A program made the translations under genes and the position numbers. DNA of 64,000 bases from Schmidtea polychroa (lineage: Eukaryota), in NCBI GenBank assembly GCA_044892525.1, contig CM097885.1:43340001-43404000 (forward strand), read 5' to 3'. Positions 40,155-53,583 of this stretch are shown piece by piece. Position 1 is the stretch's first letter. The number at the start of each line of letters is the position of its first letter. Below the pieces are notes generated by a model, which worked only from the letters and a program-made list of their open reading frames with translations, did not search any database and was not told where the DNA came from.

Positions 40155-40747
40155 ATTTTTAAAGTATTTATATAATATATATGACAATAAACATAAAATC
40201 TTTACGAAATAATTTAAGAATTATCCTATAATTAGGCAAATAGACACAAACTAAGAGTTATATTTTATTTTTATAGTATTTATATAACTAGTATATGTGT
40301 GACAATAAACATAAAAATTTTTGAACTAATTTAAGCATTTGATCATTCAAATAGACACAAAGTAAGGATTATATTTTATTTTAAAGTAGTTATATAACCG
40401 ATAGGTATGACAATAAACATAAAAAATATTTTTGAAATAACTTAAGCATTATTTTATAATTATTCAAATAGATACAAAATAAGGATTATGTTTTATTTTT
40501 AAAGTAGTTATATAACCGGTGTATAATAGGTATGACAATAAACATAAAAAATATTTTTGAAATAACTTAAGCATTAATTTATAATTATTCAAATAGACAC
40601 GAAATAAGGGTTATATTTTATTTTTAAAGTATTTATATAACCAGCATATAATATGTATGACAATGAACATAAGAAATTTCACGGAATAATTTAAGAATCA
40701 TCTTATAATAATTAGTCAAATGGATACCAAATAAGGATTATATTTTA
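40155..40747. repeat. tandem minisatellite, ~5 diverged copies of ~110-130 bp
   Basis: Recurring AAGTA(T/G)TTATATAA...TGACAATAAACATAA...AATAGACAC...GGATTATATTTTA. Confidence 0.85.
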
Positions 40748-40759
40748 ATAAGTGCCAAA

Positions 40760-42170
40760 CTCTACTAATGTGAAAAATGCCTTTGGGCTATTAAATTCCG
40801 GCTAGGATTCTCTAAATCTGAATTTTTGGAGGTCGTATAAGGAAAATATGATAGACCTACCGCATTGTATTTCCAATTAATTTTTGATGACATTATATAA
40901 AGTTCGTTTAACAACATTTACAGGGGTGTTAAGTTTATAAAAATTAAAGTATCATTACACAAAGTCTTGGGTTTATTGAACTCGATCTAGATTCGGGGTT
41001 TTAATCATTGAACTTTCGATTAAACATAATTATAGATAGCATCAATTATAGTATATTAATAATATTCGATATTGAGCATATTAAATATTTGAACTATTTC
41101 GTGCAATTAACCGACTACTTGAGAACTTTTGTGATAATTTAAGTCTGGGATATTTCCCTTTTAGGTATTACTAGTGATATATTTCCTATAGAAGAGTTGA
41201 GTGTTTATTTTAGATATGTCATTTACCGAAAAGTCAATTAATTAAAATTTTCCTACTTTCCCGACTCAACTGAATACGGTACGATAGGCCTTATTGTACT
41301 ATGTTTCCCGCGATTACTATCCCAAATTTTATTTCGTCCGCATAGTCCCTGTGACTATGCGAACTACTGGGATGGATTTACCCGCCCTACTCCTGGTTAA
41401 AAACCATTTTTATGCATGTAGGGTCGTAGATCCGAATTTGTGCAGTTAGTTAGAAACAAGGCTGATCAGCGTCGTGAATACAACCCGTTCACGACGACGC
41501 TGGTCACTCTTGTTACATAATAGCAAAATTAAATGTGACAAAAAGACAAAAATTAATTAATATAATGGACATAATAACACAATGACAATTAAAATAATAC
41601 AATTAACGGTCCTTACTTTTGGTTTCACTTGAATTCTCTATGAAAATTTTTGGCATACAAAAAGATTAAATTGTGACTAAAATATATACCTATTTTGTAC
41701 ACGTGTATGTATTGATGCATTAAAACAAACTCGAATTCTTTTTATTCCAGAATTTTCTATTTTGTAATTTTGATATTTTTAATGGCGATTTTTGCGTCAT
41801 AATTTTTATTTTTATTTTTAAATTTTTATTTTCTAAATATTTTTTTGCTAATTTTACCTCCATGATGGATTTGGAACGGTTCCAGAACATTCCATATTAC
41901 TTTTAATTCAATTTTTATTTTAATTGATGTTTTCTGAATTTCTTTTTAAGAATTTTTTTATTTTTCTTACTAATTTATTTATTTTTCTAACTTTTATTGT
42001 TCTAGATGGCTTTCATGATGGTCATCGCCATTTTTATGGAATGTTCTGGGTTTTTCTGGAATTTTTTACTGTTTTTACCGTCTTTTAAGTTATTCGAGTT
42101 TGTTTTTTGTAACTATGTTTATTTGGTTATTTTTGAGTTAGATTTTGCATAACTTCTTGTTTTTGTATAA
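40760..42170 (+). mobile_element. 3' portion of LTR-like element D (related to A, opposite orientation)
   Basis: ACTTTTGGTTT, GTATG..TTGAT.CA.TAAAACAAA.T.GAATT and CCATGATGGAT motifs match the - strand of 2800-3230; hairpin cluster at 41330-41510; T-rich tail. Confidence 0.5.
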
Positions 42171-43640
42171 TTTTATTATGCTGATTTTGAGGCTGTTTTA
42201 CCTAAGGACGATAAATAGTTTCAGCTCCACTTGCCGATTTCAGCCGGACTATTATTAATTAATAATTTTACTGGTGAAAAGATATTTGTTTTTATGGTTT
42301 AAACTGTTTTGAACAGTTTTTGATTGAAATAAATAATATTGGTGAAAAAATAGTTTTACCTTACTTCTTAAATAATTCCAAAAAGAAAATGGAATTTCTT
42401 TCTTCTGGCCAGAAAAGATCCTTTCATTCTTCAACTATTTGTTACTTGTGCAATAAACTATTAAAAAATCCAGTTAAAGATCATGATCATTACACAAGAA
42501 AATATTTAGGGGCTGATTGTTCCAAATGTAATATTTCAAGACAAATTAGGTTTATTCATGCCTATAATTTTTCATAATTTACGTGGATAAGATTTACATC
42601 ATATTCTTAAATATGGTTTAAATGAAATGAAAAATTGGGATATTAGTTGTATTCCTACCAGCAGCGAAAAGGTTTTGACTTTAACAGCAAGAGTTGATAG
42701 TTTAAGCATTAAATTTATCGATTTTTGTCAATTTGCTAGTTCCAGTTTGAATGATGCAATAAAAATTCTGACAACTCTGCCTTTAACATCAGCTGAATTT
42801 AGGGGACTATTGTTAATTCAAAGGGGATATTCCCACATAATTTTGTAACTTCTTTAGAAGTTTTAAAAGATACGTATGACTTACCACCAATTTGGGAAGG
42901 AGTTACGACCGATGAATATGAAAAGGCACAACATACCTGGAAAGAATTTCATTATGAATCATTGTTTGATTACATGATTTTAAATCTTGAATTGGATGTT
43001 TTCTTACTAATTGACTATTTTAAACAATTTCGTTCAAAATCTATTGCACATAATCGACTTGAACCTCTTAATTTCTTGGTCATTCCAGGCATGAGCTGGA
43101 GTTCCGCTTTAATGACTTTGAAATCTCCTATCAAGCTGTTGCAAGATATGGAGATGTATGATTTTTTCGAAGGGGGATATATGGTGGATTAACATTTGTT
43201 AGCAAACACCATGTAGTATCCTCCGACAATACAGAACTTCTTTACATTGATATAAATAATTTGTATGGGTGGGCTTTAACCCAAAAACTTCCATATAAGG
43301 ATTTTAAATGGGTAACCAATAGAGAAGAGTTAAATAAAATAATTTATTTTTGTGAATCTGTAGATCTGGAAGTACTTCCATTTGGGTTTACCTTGAAGGT
43401 TGATTTGGAAATTCCTGATTCGATTCACGACAAATTTGGTGATTTTCCTTATACCGCTGAAAAGATGTGTTCATCTGGCTCTAAAGTTGAGAAGTTGATG
43501 CTTACACATCATCCCAAGAAGAACTTCTCAAGCTTTTTCTTTCTCTTGGTGTAAAATTAATTCATGTACATAGGACAATTAAATTCACAAACGATAACAT
43601 TTTTAAAGATTACATCGATACCAATACCCGACTTAGAATT
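42170..43640 (+). pseudogene. Polinton/Maverick protein-primed DNA polymerase B remnant
   Basis: YADFEA, CYLC..VKDHDHYTRKYLGADCSKCN, FHNLRG*DLH, KGIFP, LELDVFLL, PGMSWSSAL, LYIDINNLYGWAL.QKLP.KDFKW, LKVDLEIP..IHD; many frameshifts. Confidence 0.9.
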
Positions 43641-43659
43641 GATAAGTCATGCTAAAATT

Positions 43660-44310
43660 TTTAAAATTTAAATTTTCACAGTTCTGGCCAATGGATTTTA
43701 TTGAACAATGGATCATTCGAAAGGTATTTGAGAGTTAAGTATGATTGTCAGACCCTCCAAAATTTATGGTGAACCTTCAAATTGATAAAAACCTTAGAAT
43801 TTTTCAAACTTTCTAAGATGTATATCAAACAAAAGTTACTCTGAGTTTATCCGACAAAATATTTTCTCCCCCTATTGGTATTGGACCTACAAGGGTACTG
43901 CTCACACTCAACATATCGCGAGGATATATTATTATCTTTTTTAAGTTCATTGATGATTCATTCAAGGCCATATTATTTTTCAAGGTTAAATATGTAGGTC
44001 AAGGTCAATAAATTTTTTAATAAATCATGTTTTTGTGCTAGCGGAGACCTATAAAAGTATTCACATATATATAGATTATATTGAACGATGGCTCATTTTA
44101 AAACCCAGTGCAAGACATTTCTAATGAGCTACAGAAATCATTATTATCATCATTAGTTTTAAAGATATTAACAATTGATGACCAGCATCTTTTTCAAGGT
44201 CATATTATTATTTTTCAAGATCATAACATTTTTTCAAGGTCATATTTTGAAATTTAAATTTTCAGAGTTCCCGACAATGGATTTTATTGAACGATGGCTT
44301 ATTTTAAAGC
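43660..44310. repeat. internally repetitive non-autonomous element
   Basis: Repeats of AAATTTAAATTTTCA.AGTTC..CAATGGATTTTATTGAAC.ATGG and TCAAGGTCATATT. Confidence 0.5.
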
Positions 44311-44557
44311 ACACGTTAGGTTCTCGTTAGAAATTCTAAACCTACATAACATTGACTTCGATGAGGATCTCCTGTTAATTTGCTGCCTATCCTTGAAAGG
44401 TTCGATTTAGACGTCACTGGATCTAATCGACTTTACTCGATTGAGCTTGTTAATTCCATCAATGTTCGTAATTTTGGGCATTTTTTTGTTATTATTTAAG
44501 TTCTAATAATAAGCGTTAGGCGAATGAAGTTTGTAAAATTCCCCTTGTCATGCTTGG

Positions 44558-44869
44558 TCATAACACAGAGTAGTTAATTGTCATCGAAGACTCCACTCTA
44601 TCATTGCCATCGTGGATTATCAATTCGATTCTGCTTTCAAATAGCACATCATAAAGTTGAGCTCCATTAGATCCATTTTTACAAGAAACATCATAAAGCA
44701 TTTTGGAAGTATCATTAGTTTCGGTTTTCATATAACTCTCTTCAGAGAACAACAGAGGTGAACAAATAATGAAATCGTTATGTTCAATAATCTTTGATCT
44801 TTTCCCATCGTTAAAATCTTCATATTGCAAATTTCGTTTTGTCATTTCCTTTTCAACAACTTCGAACAA
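44558..44869 (-). CDS. hypothetical protein exon or gene fragment
   Basis: Coding-like composition, possible acceptor at ~44891; no domain recognised. Confidence 0.25.
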   Translation of the reverse strand: MFEVVEKEMTKRNLQYEDFNDGKRSKIIEHNDFIICSPLLFSEESYMKTETNDTSKMLYDVSCKNGSNGAQLYDVLFESRIELIIHDGNDRVESSMTINYSVL

Positions 44870-47359
44870 TTCAAAATCACAAAAAAAATCTAGAAATAGA
44901 AATAGAAATAAGAAATTTCAAAAATTAAAAAAATTAAATGGAAAATCGAAACTCAGATCCGATGACAACGCTAAAAATTTTTTTCCTCCTTCGAAAAATA
45001 AATAATTGCACACACTCATGCATGCATGCAAATAATTCAAATTTATCGCATGATAATTGGATATAGTAGCAGAGAGTGCGTGGGCGTGCAATCAAATCAG
45101 TATAAATACTGATTGAAAATTTAGTCCAAATAACTAGTTTAATCTGAAATTAACATTATTTACAAGACATTGTTAGGCGCTCTCAGTTTTCGGTTTATGC
45201 AATCGCGGTAAGTTGGATTTTATTTTGGTAATTTTATGTGAAATGTAATTTTATGTAAAGTATACAATTTCATGATTTAATAAAATTTTAATTTGAATTT
45301 AGTTTTAGTTAATTTTGGTGTTTTGATTATTTCGTTTTTAAAACTTTGAATAAATAATTATGGTTGAATTTGGTTTTGTCACAATTTTTATACTTTGATG
45401 CCCTCAGGTTTTGAGATACGTCTGTAAACCATCGGCCTAAAGACAGCGGATGGTTGAACAGTCTGGCACATCGTTTAGAGGAGATAGTTAGGGATAGGGT
45501 CGATGTGAGAACATAGATCCATTTTGGACAGTTTGAAGCTTTGTTAAAATATGAATAGTATAGGACGGATTCGTTTTAGTAGGACAGGTTGGAATTGTAA
45601 ATGCAGGCAGATTCCTGTCCAAATTTTATGAGAAGTGAAACTACATTTATTAACTTAGAAATAAGGGCCGTTCCCTGCTCAAATTGTTTTTGAAGAAAAC
45701 AATATAAAACATCCAAAAATGACGACCATAGCTAAATGAAGGCATTTCAATGATCCAATGAATAATGACGTAAGACCTTCTATTAGCAGTCCAGAACCCA
45801 TAAGGAAAATACAATGAGTAGTTTTAGCAATATAGCTCACCTTCTCATTGATTTTCAACCATTGTGTACAGTACCAACATGGTCGTCGCCACGGGTACAC
45901 AGATGGTTTGAAGTGCAATAGTCATGAAAGCGTTTAGGAATGAGTCGATTTAATATCTACAATTACTCCTAACACATTTGAAAATAAAATGACACACCCC
46001 TAATCGCCCAACAATTAATAACACCATAAGCCCTTTGATTTCTGGAAATTAAGAAATGTGGCTACTATTTTCCCCTGATCGTAATTAGATGTAATGGTTT
46101 AATTAAAATCATGCAGATTCAGTACTACTAACAGATGATGAAGAAGATAATTCATCAGATATGTTATCACCATGCTGTTTTAATTCATTTTTCCACTGAT
46201 TTGGAGATATCATTTTAACATTAGAATGCAATCTTGTTAATCTGTTTCTCATTTTAGGGATTTCAAAATGATTGATTAAATACACATTACGATTAATTAA
46301 AAATCCAAAATGGTTGAAAACTATTAAGTTAATCATATATTTAATTCAAATATGATCGAAAAAAATCCAATAAGATCGTAAAACCCTATAAGCTTCCAAT
46401 AAAATTTGCAAGTATTAATTATTCTTTTCAGAATGCCTAACTTTTATCCTTTGTTCTCATAAAACTAATATTTCAAAATCCAACTACAAATTTTTAATGT
46501 GGAATTCATTATTTATTTTTGCATAATCCTTTCAAAATCTTCGCAATAAAAATATTCTAACTTTACTCAACAACTCTACTTCATACTGCTTATATTGAAA
46601 ATAAAAATGGTATATGACGTAAGGTCAAAGGTTATATAAGTTTGAGACTAAATGTAAGACAGAGAAACAATCCAAACAAAATTGGTATTTTAGAATTTAT
46701 AGTTTAAAACTTGATTTAGTTAATTAATTTTTTATAGCACAATCTAAATAATTCTTATTTCAAATCGCTAGATTTTTTTATTAGATTGAAAAGTTTAACC
46801 ATAGTCAATTCTTTATTGAATAAAAGAATTAGTTTTCTTAAATTTACATTTGTAAATAAAAAATGTAATCATTCAAAATTGGTTATTGATATTAAATTCA
46901 GTCACAATTCTGATAGCAGTAATAATAGATTAATTAACTCCAATTAACTTAAATTATTTAGACGATATTTCAAAATCTATTTTTATATTACAAATAGCAA
47001 TTATTCTTACAACTTAATATTATATTAAAAATAGAATTAATAAAATATTTCGAAAATTATAGTTTACTTTCATTTAAAAAATATTAAGAATTACTTAGCT
47101 TGAATATATAATTATGTAATCGCAATTAAGATTGAACATCCAATAAATGTTGTCGTAGTGTGAAAATCATGTGCATAAATTTTATAAATAAATTGATTAA
47201 GTAAAACAAATTTTGGCAAAGCATGGTTATACAAATTTTATAAAATTCTTTCATAATTTTGACAACAAATGAAATACCTAAATATTAAAATAAAAATCTT
47301 TTATATATAATAAAAATAATATAATAGGAACAAAATGAACGAAATATATTTAATTAAAA

Positions 47360-47857
47360 TCATGCAGATTCAGTACTACTAACAGATGATGAAGAAGATA
47401 ATTCATCAGATATGTTATCACCATGCTGTTTTAATTCATTTTTCCACTGATTTGGAGATATCATTTTAACATTAGAATGCAATCTTGTTTTGGATCTTAA
47501 CTTGGCACGCTTTACATTATTATGCTTAGGTTCTTCTTCTTCATAAATAATTGATAAAGGAGAAAATTGGGGTACTGATGAAAACGATCTATTTATTTGT
47601 TGAATATCATTTAAATCAATATTCAGATCATGTCTATTTTCAATATCTAACATATCTGTATTCATTTTTTTGGAGTGTTTATTTGATTTAAAGAATGTTT
47701 TTAATTTAACTCTGAATGATTTGAAATTACCATTTAAATCTTTATTTGGATGTTCAGAATATTTTCCAGATTTAATTTGACCGTGGGATGCATCAGAATT
47801 ATCTTTGGTGTAATTCGGTGTAAAGGGTAGATGACCATTTACTGTCATAGGAAACAT
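47360..47857 (-). CDS. hypothetical 165-aa low-complexity protein; last ~140 bp duplicated at 46098-46237
   Basis: ATG-initiated ORF after a possible acceptor; exact direct repeat of the C-terminal coding region. Confidence 0.4.
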   Translation of the reverse strand: MFPMTVNGHLPFTPNYTKDNSDASHGQIKSGKYSEHPNKDLNGNFKSFRVKLKTFFKSNKHSKKMNTDMLDIENRHDLNIDLNDIQQINRSFSSVPQFSPLSIIYEEEEPKHNNVKRAKLRSKTRLHSNVKMISPNQWKNELKQHGDNISDELSSSSSVSSTESA

Positions 47858-48740
47858 AACACTGAAAATATTAAGTTAATATTAATATATAATAATCATT
47901 AGGCTATTAATTAAATATTAAATATTATATTATATAAATTAAGCTATATTATATTTTAAAAATTATTAAAACTATGCAAAATTATTAATAGGCAGATACA
48001 CTCAAATTATAAGAACTAGTACTATTATTAATACTAATATTTTTAAATCAATTTAAGGTCAATTAAAGTTAGTTGATAAATAATTATTAATAAAAACAAA
48101 TGAAGTAATATTTAAATTATTGATACATTTTTAATTAATATTGCAAAATGAATCAGATTTATATATTCATTATTCTATATATATTTTTAAATATAAGTAA
48201 GAGATATATATAATTAAATGAATATAAGTAAATTTCTAAAGTACTTTTAGAAAAAATTAATTTTATTAATTATTTTAATTACTCATATATTTTAATTAAA
48301 ATTAATTAAAATTGGGAATATTAATATGTAATAATAGTAAGTAGGTTGATGTTAGCCATCTTCACCCATTAGCTTTCTACACTGTTTTATGTTATCTGAA
48401 TCTCGTATTATAGTCAGTGTGTATTTTGGACTTAAATTTTTTTCGGGTTTAAATTATCTATTGAATAGTTTTCGAATAGCTATGGGTTTTATGTCAATAT
48501 GAAGTGTAATGATAATTGTTTATTACCCCATAAATGTCATTGTGAATCTCAAATATAATGAGGCCTGTTTTGGTTCCAGGATTTTTGACCAGGAATTTTT
48601 GATAAGATATTTTTAAGAAGCGATATCTTCTGAGAAATTATGATATTATATTGTTGGTTACTTAGGGAAGATAATTTTTAAACTCAGTCTAATTCCCCCA
48701 AGTTTCCTTCATGACTTGCAATCAATCTCCCTTACGTGTG

Positions 48741-48869
48741 CCCATGATGATGGATCATGTTGGTAATGCGCACGCAGGTCGGAACTTGCGAGCAGGTGAG
48801 TCACTGAGTTAAGACTACTCCTCGCAACATTCGCGGTACGGGTTCCTGAGTGCCGATAGACGGACTTAC
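48741..48869 (-). ncRNA. candidate conserved structured RNA element (copy 2)
   Basis: CCCATGAT-loop-ATCATGTTGGTAATG...TTGCGAG-CAGGTG-AGTC-10nt-GACT-ACTC-CTCGCAA...CGATAGACGGACTTAC aligns with 3279-3410. Confidence 0.55.
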
Positions 48870-49243
48870 CTCTCTTTTTCTTACTCGCTACTCTCGTACA
48901 TCTCTGGTCTAGTGAGATGACACTAACATTTAACTACCCATACTCTGATTTGGACATACAAGCCCTCGCATCTATACAACTAAACGTACTAATAGAACTA
49001 AGAAATAATTCGCATGAATTTTATTAACACAAACGAACTTTAATAAATTCAAGGAGTCGCATTACAGTTATACGTTCATGGAAAATCAAATATTTCACAC
49101 AAACATCGATGAGACATTCAGTCAATAGAGGTCACTGTGTTATCGTGGCCTTGTTTTCTCAGGTCATTTCTCCTTCGGTTAACATGGCGTCAATGTCCAC
49201 CTGTAACCAAGGATCCTCTGGAAGAGTAGATGTAGTAGAAGAA

Positions 49244-49510
<267 letters not shown>

Positions 49511-51879
49511 TGTTATAAGCACCAATCGTGTCCTTTTTTTAATACCTAGATGGATAAAAGACATATTGCGACAGAGAAATTAAGTGACGGCCACTGATGT
49601 GCCGCCTGTGGCAGCCTGAATAATCAGTATATTCAACTGACAATTGGATCTGCTCTACCCACCATCAGTTTAGTCTATTTAGTCTTGTCCCCCATTATTT
49701 CTTTTTATTTTATGCTGGGATAATAGAGATCAAGCAAGCAGCATCACAATCTATTCCACGTCAATCGAACAGACTATCAGAGACTGAAACTGTTAGTATC
49801 CTCCATGAGCAACTTGAATAATCATTTTGGATAACCGAAACCCTGGGAATCTACTGCCAAAAAGCTCAACCTGTAATACCGGCTATCAGTTTTACCTCTG
49901 ATATCACGCAGCCTGATAGCTGCAGTTTTGAGCCCTTTTTATTAGTGTATTTGTCTTGTCTCCTGTTTTTAGTGTTGGGATAGCATAAATTTGTATGAGT
50001 TTCTATGGATGTATTGGAAAAGGTTTACCCAATTTGATACTTCAGTATAATCTTATATCTGACTCTTTATACTTTTTCCCTACGGCTCCTTTGTATACTG
50101 TTCCATATCCTCCACAATTCCCTGCCTTTCAGACTGCTATTCCAAAGGTCTCATACCTTTCATACTTTTGGGCTGATTTTCAGTGAGTCCAAATCCTCAC
50201 ACAAATAACTAAATAAGAATTAAGGAAGGAGGGGGATTAGCCAAGTAGAAAGGAAGAGTAAAGAGAAATAACGAAAAAATCTAATAAAAACCTTAAATAA
50301 TTACACCAATAAAGAAAAATATAGAAATAATAAAAGAAAGAAATAACGAGAAAATTAAATAATAATATCAAACCCAAAAATAGAAATAATAATTAAGGAA
50401 AAACAAACAAGATAGAAAAGCACGAGAAAATACCCAAAAATCAACAAAAGAAAGGAAAATAAGAATAGAAAAATTAGTTATTAATAAAATCGTTAAAAAT
50501 AATAAAGAAAACATAAGAAGAGAATAAAAAAGAGAAAAATTGATTAAAAATACAATAATACAACCGCACTGGAATATGATTGGACATAATCCAGTATATA
50601 GGAGAATAGAGTAGCAAATTCCCCCAGTATTTAATTTTAAAAAATTTAGGTAAAGAATTTGGTACATTAACACAGTGTTTAATTTTAAAAAATTTAGCGA
50701 CCACACTTTAGGATCCTTAATCGTTGTACAGCCACCAGTTAAGACAACAACTTCCAATAATTCAGTCACAGTATTTCGGAATTCTACAGACGATTTTCAA
50801 TTTCAAGAAGCATCGTACCCCGTGAAAAGAGCGATTTTTCTTAATACCTCATAACCTCAAGGGTTTAATCTCCGACGATGCAGAGTCTGTACTTTAATGG
50901 ATGTGGATTGCTAACTAGCTGATAGATATCGTAACTGAATTACCCACACATCCCTTCGTAGACACTATCGTCAAATCGCAATCGCCTCGTAAACAAAAAT
51001 CTGCGTTAATTCGATCCATCAATTAATATCTGACAGGTTTTCACATTCGTCGACGACCAGAAACTGCAATCAATAGAGAAAATCTTAAATCCATACCGAA
51101 ATACACTAGGAATAGGTAATGGTTGAGGAAAATAAATTACCGGGGTTCATATAAATATTTACAACTAATTGATTAGGATAGTGGGAATTCTTCAGGGTAA
51201 TATCAATTCCACGAAACGAACCTAAACACATACTCGTCAACGAGACCATCTCGCACATGGTGATGACAGCTGATGGCCTTTTGATCTTATGTACTTTAGA
51301 GATTGATTGGTGAATATCAGAAGAAAAATTGATATTAGATTTTCGATGATGTAATCACGAGAATAAGATACACGTACACAGCAGTATCACATCGTGATCG
51401 GATTATTGCCCACACGAAAATTGCCCACAGGAAATTGCCCACAGATAGTTTTGCCCACACGATTAATGCCCACACAGAATAATGCCCACACAGAATAATG
51501 CCCACAAGGAAAAATGCCCACATAGACAAATGCCCACATAGAAAAATGCCCACACGAAAAATTATTTTAAATATAAAAATTAAATTAAAATAGAGAAATA
51601 CAAATACTTAATACAAATATACATTTTAAATCCACATCGTGATCGGATTATTGCCCACACGAAAAATGCCCACACGAAAATTGCCCACAGGAAATTGCCC
51701 ACAGATAGTTTTGCCCACACGATTAATGCCCACACAGAATAATGCCCACAAGGAAAAATGCCCACATAGACAAATGCCCACATAGAAAAATGCCCACACG
51801 AAAAATTATTTTAAATATAAAAATTAAATTAAAATAAATAGAGAAATACAAATACTTAATACAAATATACATTTTAAAT

Positions 51880-53224
51880 TTATTGTAAATTAGCCAACTT
51901 TCTTAAGTATACAATTTTATCTTCTGTTGTACTATATTGTTGCACAATAGTAGATACCGAATCAGCTAATTTTTGGTATTTCCTATTTTTAATTTCAGGA
52001 CGACCCGTTTCTGCGTTAGCTAGTGTCAATCTATGGCAAGCTATATCTCGCTGCAATCCATCAAATAGAAACCAAATGCTGGGATGACTACAGTGGAATA
52101 AAGAATTCAATGCATTATGAAATCCCTCACAGCAATTCGTTGTTTTCGGTGATTTCTTCAAAGCTGAATCATAATGATTCCACAATTCAATAGAGAACAG
52201 CGGATTTCTACCAGCTGCACCCTCAATATATGTGCCAAAAAAAATATGTCAGCATTTCACTATAATTCTCTTCTTCCGGATAAGTTGCTGCAAGCTTAGT
52301 AAATACTGATCTAATATCAGATGGAGGCACAAATGACAATGCTGCTAATGATTTCAGCTTTAGTTTCATATCCAGGTTGTTTTCAAAAGTAGTTTTTAGA
52401 CCAACAGAACTAATTTTTCTTGTTATACTTTGGGCCAAATGAAAATAACAGCCTCTCATATCAGTCTGTGGAAATGCAATTCTGGCTGCATTCGTCGCTG
52501 CTTTCTCAAAATCTAGTAATATTCTTTCAGGTGCCAAATTTGGTAGCAAGTTCTTTAATATTTCAAACATTTTTTTGTATGTATCTCCGTTTTTTTTTAA
52601 CAAAAAATAAATACAAGGTGGATAAGAATTACCAACCTGAGCATGCCAAGTATAAAGTTGATAAAACATGCTTGGAACTTTATCAAAAGTTCCATCTCCG
52701 AATATTGTATCTTTATTTAATTCTTTTAAGAGATAAATATCTCCTAAAACCAGAATTCTGTCTGGATCACTTGCATCTGAATCATGAAGTACTAGCTCGG
52801 TGTATTTATCTGGAATTTCAAAATTTGTATCTTTAGGTACTGGTAAATGTCCATCTCTTCTAAAATTCAGTAGATTTCGTGATATTGAAGTTTTTTTCGG
52901 CATAAACGCTAGTGCTTCACTGCTCACTTCTAATAAAATACTCCCCATTACATTTCTAGGAGTAGCACCAATTGATGTCATCGCATCCTGCATTTTTTTC
53001 TTTGCTAAATTACATTCTATTTTTTGTGGGCATGATTCATGGCAAGGTTGCGTTGGTTGATTTACAATATTGCCATCTTTAGTTTTTATGATGGAATGAC
53101 AGTTTATAATGCGATGTTGCCTGCATCTCCAAGTCAAAACTCCATTTGTTGTACGGAAATAGATATACTCAAACCCAGAGTAAATTAAAACTCGATTGCC
53201 TCTCTGCGTACTAGAATATTCCAT
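51880..53224 (-). pseudogene. FLYWCH-MULE transposase with one frameshift in an A8 homopolymer (~52240)
   Basis: FLYWCH (RGNRVLIYSGFEY...WRC...C...H), DGTF, DFEKAA, GCYFHLAQ, TTNCCEGFH; removing one base joins the two ORFs. Confidence 0.9.
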
Positions 53225-53583
53225 TTTCAGACCTATAAAAATATTTAAAAAAATATCGTTTGAAAATTATGGTATTAAAAGTATTATATTAACAAAAGAG
53301 AATTTAAATATTACATATTAGAGGTAAATATATATTGTAAAATTTGTAAATTTATTGTTGATACATTTTAATATTTTATTTTAAATCACTAATAGATTAT
53401 CTCCTAGATCAGCGGTTCCCAACCTTTTTTGGGTTTCGTACCACTAAAAATTAAAAATAATTTTTGAGTACCACGTAAAAAATTTGGGAGGCTTATTTTA
53501 AATCTAGCATTTTATATATAAAAAATTTCTTTTGTGGTTAAGAAAAAAAATCAAACAAAAAAACTAAAAATTTTTTGCTCATA

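Noticed and set aside
51335..51783. Regularly spaced TGCCCACA repeats resembling a CRISPR array, and their WA-rich ORFs
   Set aside because: Short motif with ~10-bp linkers forming MULE TIRs, mirrored at 63670-63784; eukaryotic context and no cas genes.
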